Source: Mobula hypostoma
Taxonomy: Eukaryota
DNA length: 64,000 nt
Assembly (NCBI RefSeq): GCF_963921235.1
Contig: NC_086108.1
Coordinates: 96,660,001 to 96,724,000 of the forward strand
Reading direction: 5' to 3'
In this document: one piece after another, positions 1 to 12,200 of the stretch
Layout of the letters: every line of letters begins with the position of its first letter
Position numbering within the stretch: the stretch's first letter is position 1
Made by a program: the position numbers and the translations under genes
The notes under the pieces: generated by a model
Database searches by the model: none
Seen by the model: only the letters and a program-made list of their open reading frames with translations
Told to the model about the DNA's origin: nothing

Positions 1-1409
1 TTGGAGAGAGGCGAATGTTGCCCCTTGTTCAAAAAAGGTAATTATAGACCAGTGAGCCTTACATCTGTGGTGGGAAAGCTGTTGGAAAAGACTCTTAGAG
101 ATAGGATCTATGGGCATTTAGAAAATCATGGTCTAATCAGGGACAGTCAGCATGGCTTTGTGAAGGGCAGATCGCGTCTAACAAGACTGATAGAGTTCTT
201 TGAGGAGGTGACCAGGCAAATAGATGAGGGTAGTGCAGTGGATGTGATCTACATGGATTTTAGTAAGGCATTTGACAAGGTTCCACATGGTAGGCTTATT
301 CAGAAAGTCAGAAGGCATGGGGTCCAGGGAAGTTTGGCCAGATGGATTCAGAATTGGCTTGCCTGCAGAAGACAGAGGGTTGTGGTGGAGGGAGTACATT
401 CAGATTGGAGGGTTGTGACTAGTGGTGTCCCACAAGGATCTGTTTTGGGACCTCTACTTTTTGTGATTTTTATTAACGATCTGGATGTGGGGGTAGAAGG
501 GTGGGTTGGCAAGTTTGCAGATGACACAAAGGTTGGTGATGTTGTAGATAGTGTACAGGACTGTCGAAGACTGCAGAGAGACATTGATAGGATGCAGAGG
601 TGGGCTGAGAAGTGGCAGATGGAGTTCAACCCGGAGAACTGTGAGGTGGTACAATTTGGAAGGACAAACTCCAAGGCAGAGTACAAAAGTAAATGGCAGG
701 ATACTTGGTAGTGTGGAGGAGCAGAGGGATCTTGGGGTGCATGTCCACAGATCCCTGAAAGTTGCCTCACAGGTGGATAGGGTAGTTAAGAAAGCTTATG
801 GGGTGTTAGCTTTCATAAGTCGAGGGATAGAGTTTAAGAGTCGCGATGTAATGATGCAGCTCTATAAAACTCTGGTTAGGCCACACTTGGAGTACTGTGT
901 CCAGTTCTGGTCACCTCACTATAGAGAGGATGTGGAATCATTGGAAAGAGTACAGAGGAGATTTACCAGGATGCTGCCTGGTTTATAGAGTATGGATTAT
1001 GATCAGAGATTAGGGGAGCTAGGGCTTTACTCTCTGGAGAAAAGGAGGATGAAAGGAGACATGATAAAAGTGTACAAGATATTAAGAGGAATAAGAGTGG
1101 ATAGCCAGCGCCTCTTCCCCAGGGCACCACTGCTCAATATAAGAGGACATGGCTTTAAGGTAAGGGGTGGGAATTTCAAGGGGGATATTAGAGGAAGGTT
1201 TTTTACTCAGAGAGTGATTGGTGCGTGGAATGCACTGCCTGAGTTAGTGGTGGAGGCAGATACACTAGTGAAGTTTAAGAGACTACTCGACAGAAATATG
1301 GAGGAACTTAAGTTGGGGGGTCATATGGGAGGCAGGGTTTGAGGGTCGGCACAACATTGTGAGCTGAAGGGCCTGTACTGTGCTGTACTATTCTATGTTC
1401 TATGTTCTA
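1..1409 (+). mobile_element. CR1-clade LINE, 3' part of ORF2 (RT) and 3' UTR
   Basis: YRPVSLTS, QHGF, DFSKAFD, GVPQGSVLGP, FADD and VRPHLEYC motifs; frameshift near 688, stop near 986; (TTCTATG)n tail. Confidence 0.95.
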
Positions 1410-2079
1410 AAAGGTTATTTGTCCCCATGTTCTCAGGATCTTACTCTGCACAACTCTTCAGAACAAAAATTATGCACTTTGGAAAAATGTGAGGATGTGT
1501 GATATATAGTTTGCTTTCTACGGAGTTAATTGGACTAAATGATCACAAATTTCCTATTACATTGTGAGCTACTGACCGTGGACTTCAATGGCCAAAGAGA
1601 AGCAATCTGTGAATCTGGTAAACTAGACCCTGGGTTCCACTTAATTAATCATGACAATCAGCCACTATCTATCATACCTTTATAGGCAAGACACCTGGGT
1701 GAAGAATTTTATTTCAGTATATCCTGGGTATAGGAGGATAGTGAGGGGTAAGGAAAGAGACCAGGGCAAACTCTACGGAGAGGGAATCCTGTGGATCCAG
1801 GAGTATTCTTGTTCTCCTTGTCTCCAAAGGGAATTAAAACTTATTTTAACAATAAGATCGCAGTTTTCTCCTTTGCTGCATTTATGTGTAACAGTTTTCA
1901 GCAGCTCAGGCCAAAGACTTTGTTACTGAAGAAAATCCTACTTTCCATAAAGCCACAAAGCAAGCACTGATATCTTTAGTAGGCTCTCAGGGTGTCTAAT
2001 TTCTGTTTTAGGTAATTCTGCACACATCTAAAAAATGCTTATTCTAATGTAAAATCAGATATTCTGAGTTTTGAGCAGC

Positions 2080-2752
2080 GGGAAGATGGCGGCGCGACGC
2101 AACTCACAGCGGCCACTCCGGTGGTGATGTCTGTTATCTGTCAAGTAGGGTGCCGTACACAATCCTGATTTGATGGAGACAGACGTGAGAGCACGGAGGA
2201 ACTTCTGGTGAAACTTCTGAAATGCCTGCTTCACTGCCGCTGCTACTGTGTGATCCAGAATCTCCGGAGAGGAAGGCCCCGAATCCTCAACTTCGCTTGT
2301 TGCTGTGGCCAGGGCGGAGTCAAAGCGCTCGGCAGAGGATGGTGCTCAGTGCTCGGTGTCGGAGGGCTGGTTGGAGACTTGAAGCTTTCGGACGGACTCA
2401 AGAGTCCACTGCGGTTGGGTGCTTCCAATGGCGCAGCATCGGCAAGTTTGCGACGCTTGGAGGTTCATGGCAGGGAGAGTTTCTCCCTTCTGCCTTCTGC
2501 GTGAGATGATGAGGCTATAGGAACTTTGAGACTTTTTTTTACTGTGCCCATGGTCTGCTCTTTATCAAATTACGGTATTGCTTTGCACTGTTGTAACTAT
2601 ATGTTATAATTATGTGGTTTTGTCAGTTTTAGTCTTGGTGTGTCTTGTGTTTCTTGTGATATCATTCTGGAGGAACATTGTATCAATTTTAATGCATGTA
2701 TTTCTAAATGACAATAAATGAGGACTGAGTGTCCTCATAATCTAAAAAAAAA
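2080..2752 (+). mobile_element. Non-autonomous retroelement (about 670 bp) starting with a YY1-type motif and ending in AATAAA and poly(A)
   Basis: Starts GGGAAGATGGCGGC and ends aaatgacaataaa...ctcataatct-A10; a related copy lies at about 10410-10940. Confidence 0.7.
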
Positions 2753-3099
2753 TGCAGCTTTCCAAAATAGACATTTTTGTTAGTGCTCATTTATCTAAGT
2801 TTACAGAAATTATTTACTACTTCCGAATTGGTGGTTGTTATTTGGTCAACTAAAGGAATGGATAGTCACATGTTACATTGTAGTAGTTGGTGCTTAATGT
2901 AAGGATACATGTTACAATCCCCAGATCTTGCTATTGTTTTCCAAGACACCTGAAAGTAAAAAATACACTCTTAATCATGTTTAATTGCCTCCTAAAACTA
3001 TTTACCTTGAACTGCCCAAAAGATGCAAACAAAATAATAAAACAATTAAACATTTTTAAAGAAAGTTGAATAAGAAAAGCACCATCCAAAGGGACTTAC

Positions 3100-3201
3100 A
3101 AAGTACTGGTAAATCTCCTGCAGTGAAGGCAGCTTCAGTAGTTTTTCTATCAGATAGATCCATGCCAGCATGATGGTAACCAACTCCATATGTGAACAGA
3201 T
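3100..3201 (-). CDS. HFM1: HFM1 coding exon 14 (DLFTYGVGYHHAGMDLSDRKTTEAAFTAGDLPVL)
   Basis: ttttaatAG acceptor, T|GTAAGT donor, 102 nt; HHAG motif. Confidence 0.95.
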
Positions 3202-6200
3202 CTATTAAAACATATTTTAGACTTCAGAGAAAACACAGAATTGCACTTATAAAACAATTCAAAATATAAATAACTTACCTCTCAGCTTTGCATCCTTGAT
3301 TGAATTAGTATATTTTTGCAGTCTATTGTGTTCAGAAGAGTTGGATAAAAGAATAAATTCAGATATTACTTTTTGAAACAAAACAAGTTTTTCCTTAAAA
3401 ATTCAGGATGATGTTTCTTTAAAGACAAGCACAAGCACAATATTTTATGTATGTTTCTTGAAGGTCAAATATCTTAAGTCAACAAGTGCCAATAACATAA
3501 ACTGTCATAGTACTCAAAATAGAAGGTGTAGGACTGCCTTGGTTTTGCAAGAGTTAAAGGAAGGAACCCACTAATCCCACAGCAGATTTATTTTTGAAAG
3601 TTACATAATCCAAAGCAACACATACAACATGCTGGAGGAACTCAGCTAGCCAGGCAGCATTTATGGAAATGAATAAACAGTCAATGTTTCAGCTGAGATC
3701 CTTCTTTAGGACGGAGTGGGAAGGGGTGAGGTGCCTGAATTAAAAGGTGGGAGGAAGGGAAAGAGGCTAGCTGGAAGGTGATAGGTGAAACCAGATGGGT
3801 GGGAAAGATTAAGGGCTGGAAAAGAAAGAATCTGATAGGAGAGAAGAGTACACAATAGGAGAAAGGGACGGGGGAGAAGACCAAGGAGGAAGTAATAGGT
3901 CAGATTGGGGAATAGAGAGGGGTAGAGTAATTTTGTTCACCTGAAGGAGAAATCACTATTCATACTATCAGTTTGGAGGCATACCCAGATGGAATGTAAG
4001 GTGTTGCTCCTCCCCTGAGGGTTGCCTCACCTTGGCACAAGAAGAGGCCATGGATCAACACATCAGAACAGGAATGGGAATCAGAATTAAAATATTTGGC
4101 CACTGGGAAGTCCTGCTTGTGGTGGATGGTGTGGAGGTGCTCAACAGGTCTCACCAATGTACAGGAAGCTACATTGGGAGCACTGGACACAAAAGGCAAC
4201 CCCAGCAGATTCATAAGTGAAGTGTTGCCTCACCTGGAAAGACAGTTTGGGGCTATGAATAGAGGTGAGGGAAGAGGTGTATGGGATAAGTGCCTGGAGG
4301 AAGATTACTGGGGAGGGATGACTGAACAAGGGAATCGTGAAGGAAGCAATCCCTGTTGAAGGTGGAGAGGGTGGGAGGTAAAGATATGCTTAGTGGTAGG
4401 ACCCCTTTGGAGACGGACGAAGTTCCGGAGGATAATGTGTTGGATTGTACAATCCTTTTTTACCTTCTTATTTCTATGCATAAATTATTCCTTACAAAAG
4501 AAAAAAAAGTTTGAAAAGAAAACAGCCTTTACTAGACCAATACAAACCAAAATCATTCAGCATACAATATTCGCTCCATATTATATGTCATGTGCAAGGT
4601 ATAAATAAATGGATGTGACAAAAACATAAAGACTTTGCTTAAAGCTATGATTGTCAGTTTCTTTTTAGTACCTAATAATAGTCACTTTAACATCTCAAGC
4701 CAAAAATAAATGGCTTTTCTTAATTTATATTTTGCAGGTTGAATCTGTGGTGAGGAAGGCAAATGCAATGTTAGCATTCATTTCCAGAGGACTAGAATAT
4801 AAAAGCAAGGTAATTGGTAAGTAAGTAAATGTTTGGCACAGCATTGTGGGCCGAAGGGCCTGCATTGTGCTGTAGGTTTTCTATGTTTCTATGTACAATC
4901 ATACATCATAGTACAATAGTCTCGGTTTTATTATTTCAAACATTATCATTGTGTATATTATTATTCTGTACCTTATTATTAGTTGTCTGCACACGGCTAA
5001 GTGCATTTAAAAATGTTGCTGCTGTAACTAAAGAATTTCCCACTCAGGATCAATAAAGTAATTATTATTATTATGTTTATTATTAATGTTGAGGCATTAT
5101 AAAACATTGGTAAGGCCTCACTTGGAATACTGTGAGCAGTTTTGGGCCCCTTACCTAAGAAAAGATGTGCTGACAATGGAGAAGGTTCAAAGGAGATTCA
5201 TGAAAATGATTCCAGGATCAAAAGGCTTGTCATATGAGGAGCATTTGATGTCTCTGGGCCTCTACTCACTGGAATTCAGAAGAATGAGGGGAGACTTCAT
5301 TAAAACCTATCAAACGTTGAAAGGCCTCATTAGAGTGGATGTGGAGAGAATGTTTTCTATGGTGGGGGAGTTAAGCCCAGAGGGCACAACCTCAGAATAG
5401 AGGGCTGTCCTTTTAGAATGGAGATGAGGAGGTATGTCTTCAGCCAGAGAGTAGAGAATCTGTCGAATTTGTTGCCACAGGTGGCTGTGGAGGCCAAGCT
5501 ATTGGGTATACTTAAGGCAGAGGCTGATAGATTCTTGATTAGTCAGGGCAAGAAGGGATATGGGGAGTAAGCCGTAATGAAATGGCAGAGAAACTCAATG
5601 AGCCAAATGGCCTAATTCTGCTCCTATATCTTATGATCTTCCTCCAAGAGGACCAAACCGTGCCATAGGGTTTGGTGACTTCCATGCTTCAATGACCCAG
5701 AGAACTATGTTGGCTACATTCAGGGTCTTGTGCTTTGGTTCTTGGTAGGGTTACCCATGCCAAACAAATCAAAGGGTAGAGACAAGACTAAGAGTGGACC
5801 ACCAATCCTCAATTCAGGGCTAACAACCCTGAATGCTTAAAAAAATGTTTACAGGAACAGCAATTCTTCTACATCTGTGTGTGACGGTTTGGACAGACAA
5901 AGATGGAAGACAGCCAGCAGCGTAACAGGCAATAAGTAAGATATCTTAAGGTCTGAAATCAACTAGTTATTTTCTGTCTAATCATATAAAAAAGACTTAC
6001 GGTGTGTAACATTTGAGTTTTCATCCAGGTCCATGAATTTACAAATTCACCTTCCAAACTTCAAAAAAAAGTGTGCACTTCAACATGATTTCAACATTAC
6101 CTTTGCTTATGTTCCATGGTCATAATAAATCTGGCATCTTTTGCAAGTATGGATGCAGACTGCTGTACACCTTTCCTTGTAGCACAGAACTAAAAGTTAA

Positions 6201-9200
6201 AAATGTCCTTTAATAAAACATCATTGAGCTATTGATAATCAACCTTAAAAAAAATCATAATCAGAATTAAAAGGATGAATACCACCAGAGTTGGTTTTTG
6301 TTCAGAGTATGTCTGTATAATGCTAGCTACTTTATAATTCAGGCTCAGGTCAAATTTGAATTCAGTTTGATTATTCGAGCAAGGAAATCCAAGTACAACT
6401 TTGCGGAGCTTTACAGGTCGATGGCTTTCATCTATCTTCATGGAAATTCCAGGTCCCTTTCCATCAGATAACCATTCTGCAATCTTAGAAGGCAAAACAA
6501 AAGATGTACAAATAAAATTAATTGAAAATGTCATGATAAATGATCCTACTTTCTTTCTGAAATCTTAATTTATCCAGAAAGATGTGAAAAGACTTACATC
6601 TTCAACATTTGGAATAGTTGCTGAAACTGCAATAAATCTCAGTACTTTATCTGCAGGTTGACCAGAAGAACGCAAGACAATTGACTGAATTGTTTTCATT
6701 CTGCTGACAACAACTTCAAGGGTTGCACCACGACTTTCATCTTTCACAACATGTGCCTACAGTAGAATAGAAATTTGCCACTTCAGAAAATGGAAATAAA
6801 TTAACTTGAATTTTCTTCAAAAGGACTAAGCATATAAAATGTCTGAAATTTCTTCAAAGTTAAAAAGAAGTAATAACCTGTGAAATAAACAACAACTTAT
6901 AACTTCAATGAAAAATGACCTAAGTGCTACAACATATAGCAACATTTTTTGTAACACAAAAATAGATTGCTACATGTCCATAATACATAGGGCACTATTG
7001 ACTATACAGATATACAGAACGATGGCACGTGATACATGATTTGATATCACTTGCACAAGGTTCTTCTGCACAGATGAGGCCCAAGAAAGAATTGGCCCTC
7101 ATACTAAGCTTGCTTTCAAGTTAGCATAATTGTTCCTGCAAATCCTATTACTTAACATTTTCCTGGTATGTACAGCCTCAAGTGGCTTGCTTCATAAATT
7201 GAGTAACGTAGATCACGCAAACCCTGAGATTTGCCCCAGGCATATTCTGATGGCTTTTTGATAGCTTGCTATTGTCAAAAGTTAAATCATTTTAAAATTA
7301 CTGATAATAATCAAAGATATATAACAACAATTCAAATAGCACTAAATTAGTTTTTTTAATGGTTACAAAAACAAACCAACCAATTTAGTAACAACACTTT
7401 TAAAGTAAATAGTTAACAAACCACTTAAGGCATTTCACTTTGAGCTTGAGTTCTGTGAAATGAATAGGGTCATTATGCCTAACTTGAATAGGAGGTCAGA
7501 TGGGCTGTTCACTCCTTCTGCCCAGGCTGACCAACCCCCACTTCTTCCCATCCACATCATTCAAGCAATCCAGGACAGAATATTAGAAGAAAACAAGCAA
7601 CTAAGGACTAACCCTATATACAGCAACTATTTCTTCCAATCCTTTCAATTACACCATAGCCCTATCCTTTACTGTTCTCTTTTGCTAGCTCTCCGATGAC
7701 AGCTGGAGATTTATTTGCCATTTAAGCTCATGCAGTATACTTTGACATGCCTCTTATAGGTACCGCACAATTTTCAGCTTAATGACTTCAAAAGTTGAAA
7801 AATTTCACTGTGCAATATATACACCATTACCTCATCAATTAGGAAAAGCCGTACCAGCTGTACTAATGAATTGTCTCTCCATTTTCTTGTCATAGTGTCC
7901 CATTTTTCCTGAAAAAAAATTGGAAACTCGACAAAATTTGTCAAAAATACATTTATATAAACCACATGGCTACAACTTTTGATAGGACCATAAAAACATT
8001 CCCAAAATAGTTTTGTCCAATTAGTTTGAGTGTGGAACATTCCTTATTTGTCAATGGGAATATGTTCCATTCCTTAGTTATTGTAATTAAAAAATTCATG
8101 TAGGACTACATTCATTAAATCTATACTCTAATACCCTATTTTTGAACATCGCGATTCTACCTTAACTAATTATATATTGTACTCTGGAAGTAGAAAAGAC
8201 CAAAACCACAATCACCAAAAAGCCTTCACATAGGAGAAAATGGGAAGCTTGTCAATTTATCACATTTATTCAAAACACATGATAGGGATATAAGGAAAGT
8301 AACTAGGTAATTTAGTCAAATGTTGGTAGTGGTTAACCTTCTAGAAGTCATATAGTAATATAAATTTGCTACTGAGAATGACAACAGTTAACTAAGGACA
8401 CACAGGATAAATTTGTAAAAAGTCAGTCATATTTCATAAATTTAAGTAAAGTTGAAGAAATAGCAATATTGATAAAAGTACTTTTGATACGAAATTTCAA
8501 AAGCATTTGAAAATGTGATATCTGCGGAACATGTTGATAAAATGACAGCATACTTTATTAAAGAGAATACAGTTGGGCATATGGTCAATGCACAATGTTT
8601 AATTGCAGGGTTGTAAACACTGATATTACTCAAGGCTCTGTTTTGTCTTCATTATTCTGCTTAATTTATCACTTGAATTTAGTTATACTGATACAGATGA
8701 GGATAAGAAACAAAAAATTAAGCATATGAAATTCTAGAGTTATCTACAGGAGTAAAGGCTGAAAAAGGGGTAATCCTAAACCCATTAAATCATTGATACG
8801 CCTTTGCTACTGTGTCCACTTTTGGGACTCCTGGTGAAAAATAACTCCAAAGATGATAAGGAGAGGCTTTAGTTACACGGACGTTTGCTCATCCAATGAA
8901 AACTAATTTAAGCATTTAGATTATTAAACTGCAAATTGTTAATTCCACTAATCTGAGAGCCAGGAACTAGAAGACATAAAATTATAATTACAGGAAATAA
9001 AGTGGTTAAGATTATTCTCAGTTTAAGTTTTAAGGATATGGAATGTCCAAACAGGAACAGTGTTAAAATACTGGAAACAGAATGAAAAGGGCATAAGAAA
9101 TATAAAAATAAATACAACTGACAGTCCCTATAAATAATCAGCAAAGGCACAATGGCTTGAATTATTTCCTTCTTTACATAAATTTCTATAATTCAGCAAT

Positions 9201-12200
9201 AGCACTCTTCTGTTTTCCAACATTTTGTGTTATTTGCTCTGAATAATCATGATCTGTAATTGCTCTAAACCAACCATGGATCTTTGCTTAATGGTATTGG
9301 TCTATGGTATATAAAAAAAGGTTGGGAGCCCCTGCTCTAAACAATGCAATGAATGAAATTTGGAACTTGAAATCATTAGGCGGATGCTTTCATTACAAAA
9401 TTTTCTAATAATCCTGGTTAGCTACTAGTCCAGAAGTATTTATGTGTCTATGAAGTCCAATGAAACATCATATTATTGTAATGCAAAGAAAATAAATTTA
9501 AGGGAATTTTATTGAAGGAAATATTCTAACAAAAGTAGCTTCTACTGAGCTATCATTCCTTTTTGTATTTGTATTGTTTCCTCAGTGCAGAAACTTACAG
9601 GAGTAGTTAAGATAATATGTGCATCTTGGATCTCAAAATAATCATCCATTTCTGTATCTCCAGTAAGCTCTTTGCACGTTAATCCAATAGATCCAAACTT
9701 TTCTTTCCAATCTTCATATCGCTGGTTGCACAAAGCTTTGATTGGAGCCACTAGGAAAATGAAAGATTCCATTACGTCTTGAAGAAAAGTCATGGAACAA
9801 ATTGGACAAGCTTCTTTCAAAATTAAAGATAAAGCACAATTATACTGTACATACAGCATTCATTTTGTAAACCAGTTCAAAATTATTCACTAAAAATGCC
9901 AGTCATTCCCTCTTCTCATAGGGGGCTACTATAATGGTTTGGCTGTATTTCTGCAATTGTGTGTCTCACAATCACGTCTATGTACAGATTTCATTGTGAA
10001 TAAATTGTATTTTAGTTGAAATATGCCAGCTGAATATACCAACAGAATTAACAGAATATAGGTGGAAACACAGCACTGGCTTTGCATTTATTTTTTAAAA
10101 TTATAGTAGAAATAAAGTATTAGTATTTGTATTAGTATATAAAGAACTTAATTTAAGCCTTTGTATTAAACTTACTGTATACAATTTTTATACTGGACCA
10201 CTGTTTTGGAACTTCCATCAGTATTCTGACGATTGCTAGTTCAAAAATCACAGTCTTTCCAGAACCAGTTGGGGAACAAATCACAAAATTCTTTTCACCA
10301 TAAAGGAGCTAAAGAAAATCCAGAAAATTTTAAACCTAATTAATTAAATGTTAGAAGACAACAATCTACAACTTGTAGAACTTTCTTTTTGCATGTACAG
10401 AGTTCAGCATCTTATTCATATTGATGGAGATAGCCGTGAAAGCACAGAGGAACATCTGGAGAAATTTCTGAAACGCTCGTCTGCTGCTGTCATTACTGTG
10501 TGGTTGGGAATCTTTCGGAGGGTAGGCCTCAAAATCCTGGCTCTGCCTGCTTTTGGTGACCGAGAAAGAGGTCGAATCGCTCGGCCAGAGGTGGTGCTCT
10601 GTACTTGGTGTCGGAGAGCTGATCAGTGCTCGAAGTTTTCGGATGACTCAGAGTCGGACCGTGGTGAGCATGGCAGGGAGAGTTTTTCTTCCCTCTTCCG
10701 ACTGCGTGAGATGTGGGCCATTTGAGAAACTTTGAACTTTACTGTGCAGACAGACTTTCTTCATCAGGTTATGGTATTGTGCACTGTTGTAACTATATAT
10801 ATAATTATGTGGTTGTGTCAGTTTTCTCAGTCTTGGTTTGTCCTGTGTTTTTGTGATATCACACTAAGGAAATAATGTATCATTTCTTAATGCATGCATT
10901 ACTAAATGACAATAAAAGGGGACTACGTGTCTTCATAATCATATTATCAGAAGTCCGGAGAAGTAATTTGTAGACATAAGTTCAAATAATTAGGGATTGG
11001 TAATCATTGCTTGTCCTGCAAGTGAATGGGTGAAATTCTCCCCAACTAATTAGGTAATACGACGCAAAGGTGACATCTTCAATATATCATGCTACATTTA
11101 GATTGTACATTTTCCCTGTTCTATTTTCCAAATAACAGGCATGGAGCGATCAATAAAGTAAAGAACATGCATTATAATTGAGAAAAATATTTGAGAACAT
11201 AGCATAAATACATAAAATTAATCCGAAATCTCAATCTAATAAATACCCTTAACCAAATTAACAAATTATTAAACATGGTGAAGGGAAAAGAGGTTCCCTT
11301 CAAGAAAAAAAACAGGATGATTCAAAAATAAATTTAAAGAGTTAGTAAATCTTGCAGAAAACACAGGTTACTCAGTGCAATAGTTCTTAATCACAGTCGT
11401 TAATTCTGCTTTGTGGTACATCCTTTCCATGTGAATCCATCCTACAGAATAAGGGAATTCAGTTTATTGTGCTGTTTGGAAGTGTCAAATTAATTCTACT
11501 CACCTGCCCTGAAAATTTGCCCTCAAGTACTTTTTCTCAACACAATATGCTGCCAATCTGGAACAACACACACAAATACAAACAAAATGCTGGAGAAACT
11601 CAGCAGATCCAGCAGCATCTGTGGAGGGAAAAGAAATTGATGTTTTGGGCTGATATCCTTCATCAAGACTGGAAAAGAGACAGGAGCTAGAATAAGATTG
11701 GGCGAGAGCAAGGCTGCACCAGCTGGTGGGTGCTAGATGAATCCAGATGACAAGAGGAAGATAGGAAGGTTCGGGAGGATAGTGAGTATGATGTGAGAAG
11801 TTGCAAGGTGTTAAACGGAAGAGGCTGAAGAAGACGAAATCTGATTAGAGGACAATGGCCCATGGAATAAAAGGAAGGAGGTGGAGAGCCAGGGGAAGGA
11901 AGGTATGGCTGATGAGCAGGTCAAAACGGTAGGGCTAGAGGAAAAAGGGAAAACTGGGGAGGGGTAGGAAGGAAAGAGAGGGAAGCTTGTACCAGAGGTG
12001 AGAGAAATCGATGTTGATGCCATCAGTTGGAGACTACAAAGATGGAATATGAGGTGTTGTTCCTCCAATCTGCATCTAGCTTCAACTTGGCAGTAGAGGA
12101 GGCCACAAACAGATCTGTCAGTGAGGGAAAGGAAATGGAATTAGAATGGCTGGCTACTGGGAGAATCTAGTTGTTATGTAGAAAGAGTGGCAGTGCTGAA

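Noticed and set aside
1410..3099. Next HFM1 exon (TTSTLAMGVNLP, motif V)
   Set aside because: No matching sequence found; it must lie left of the window
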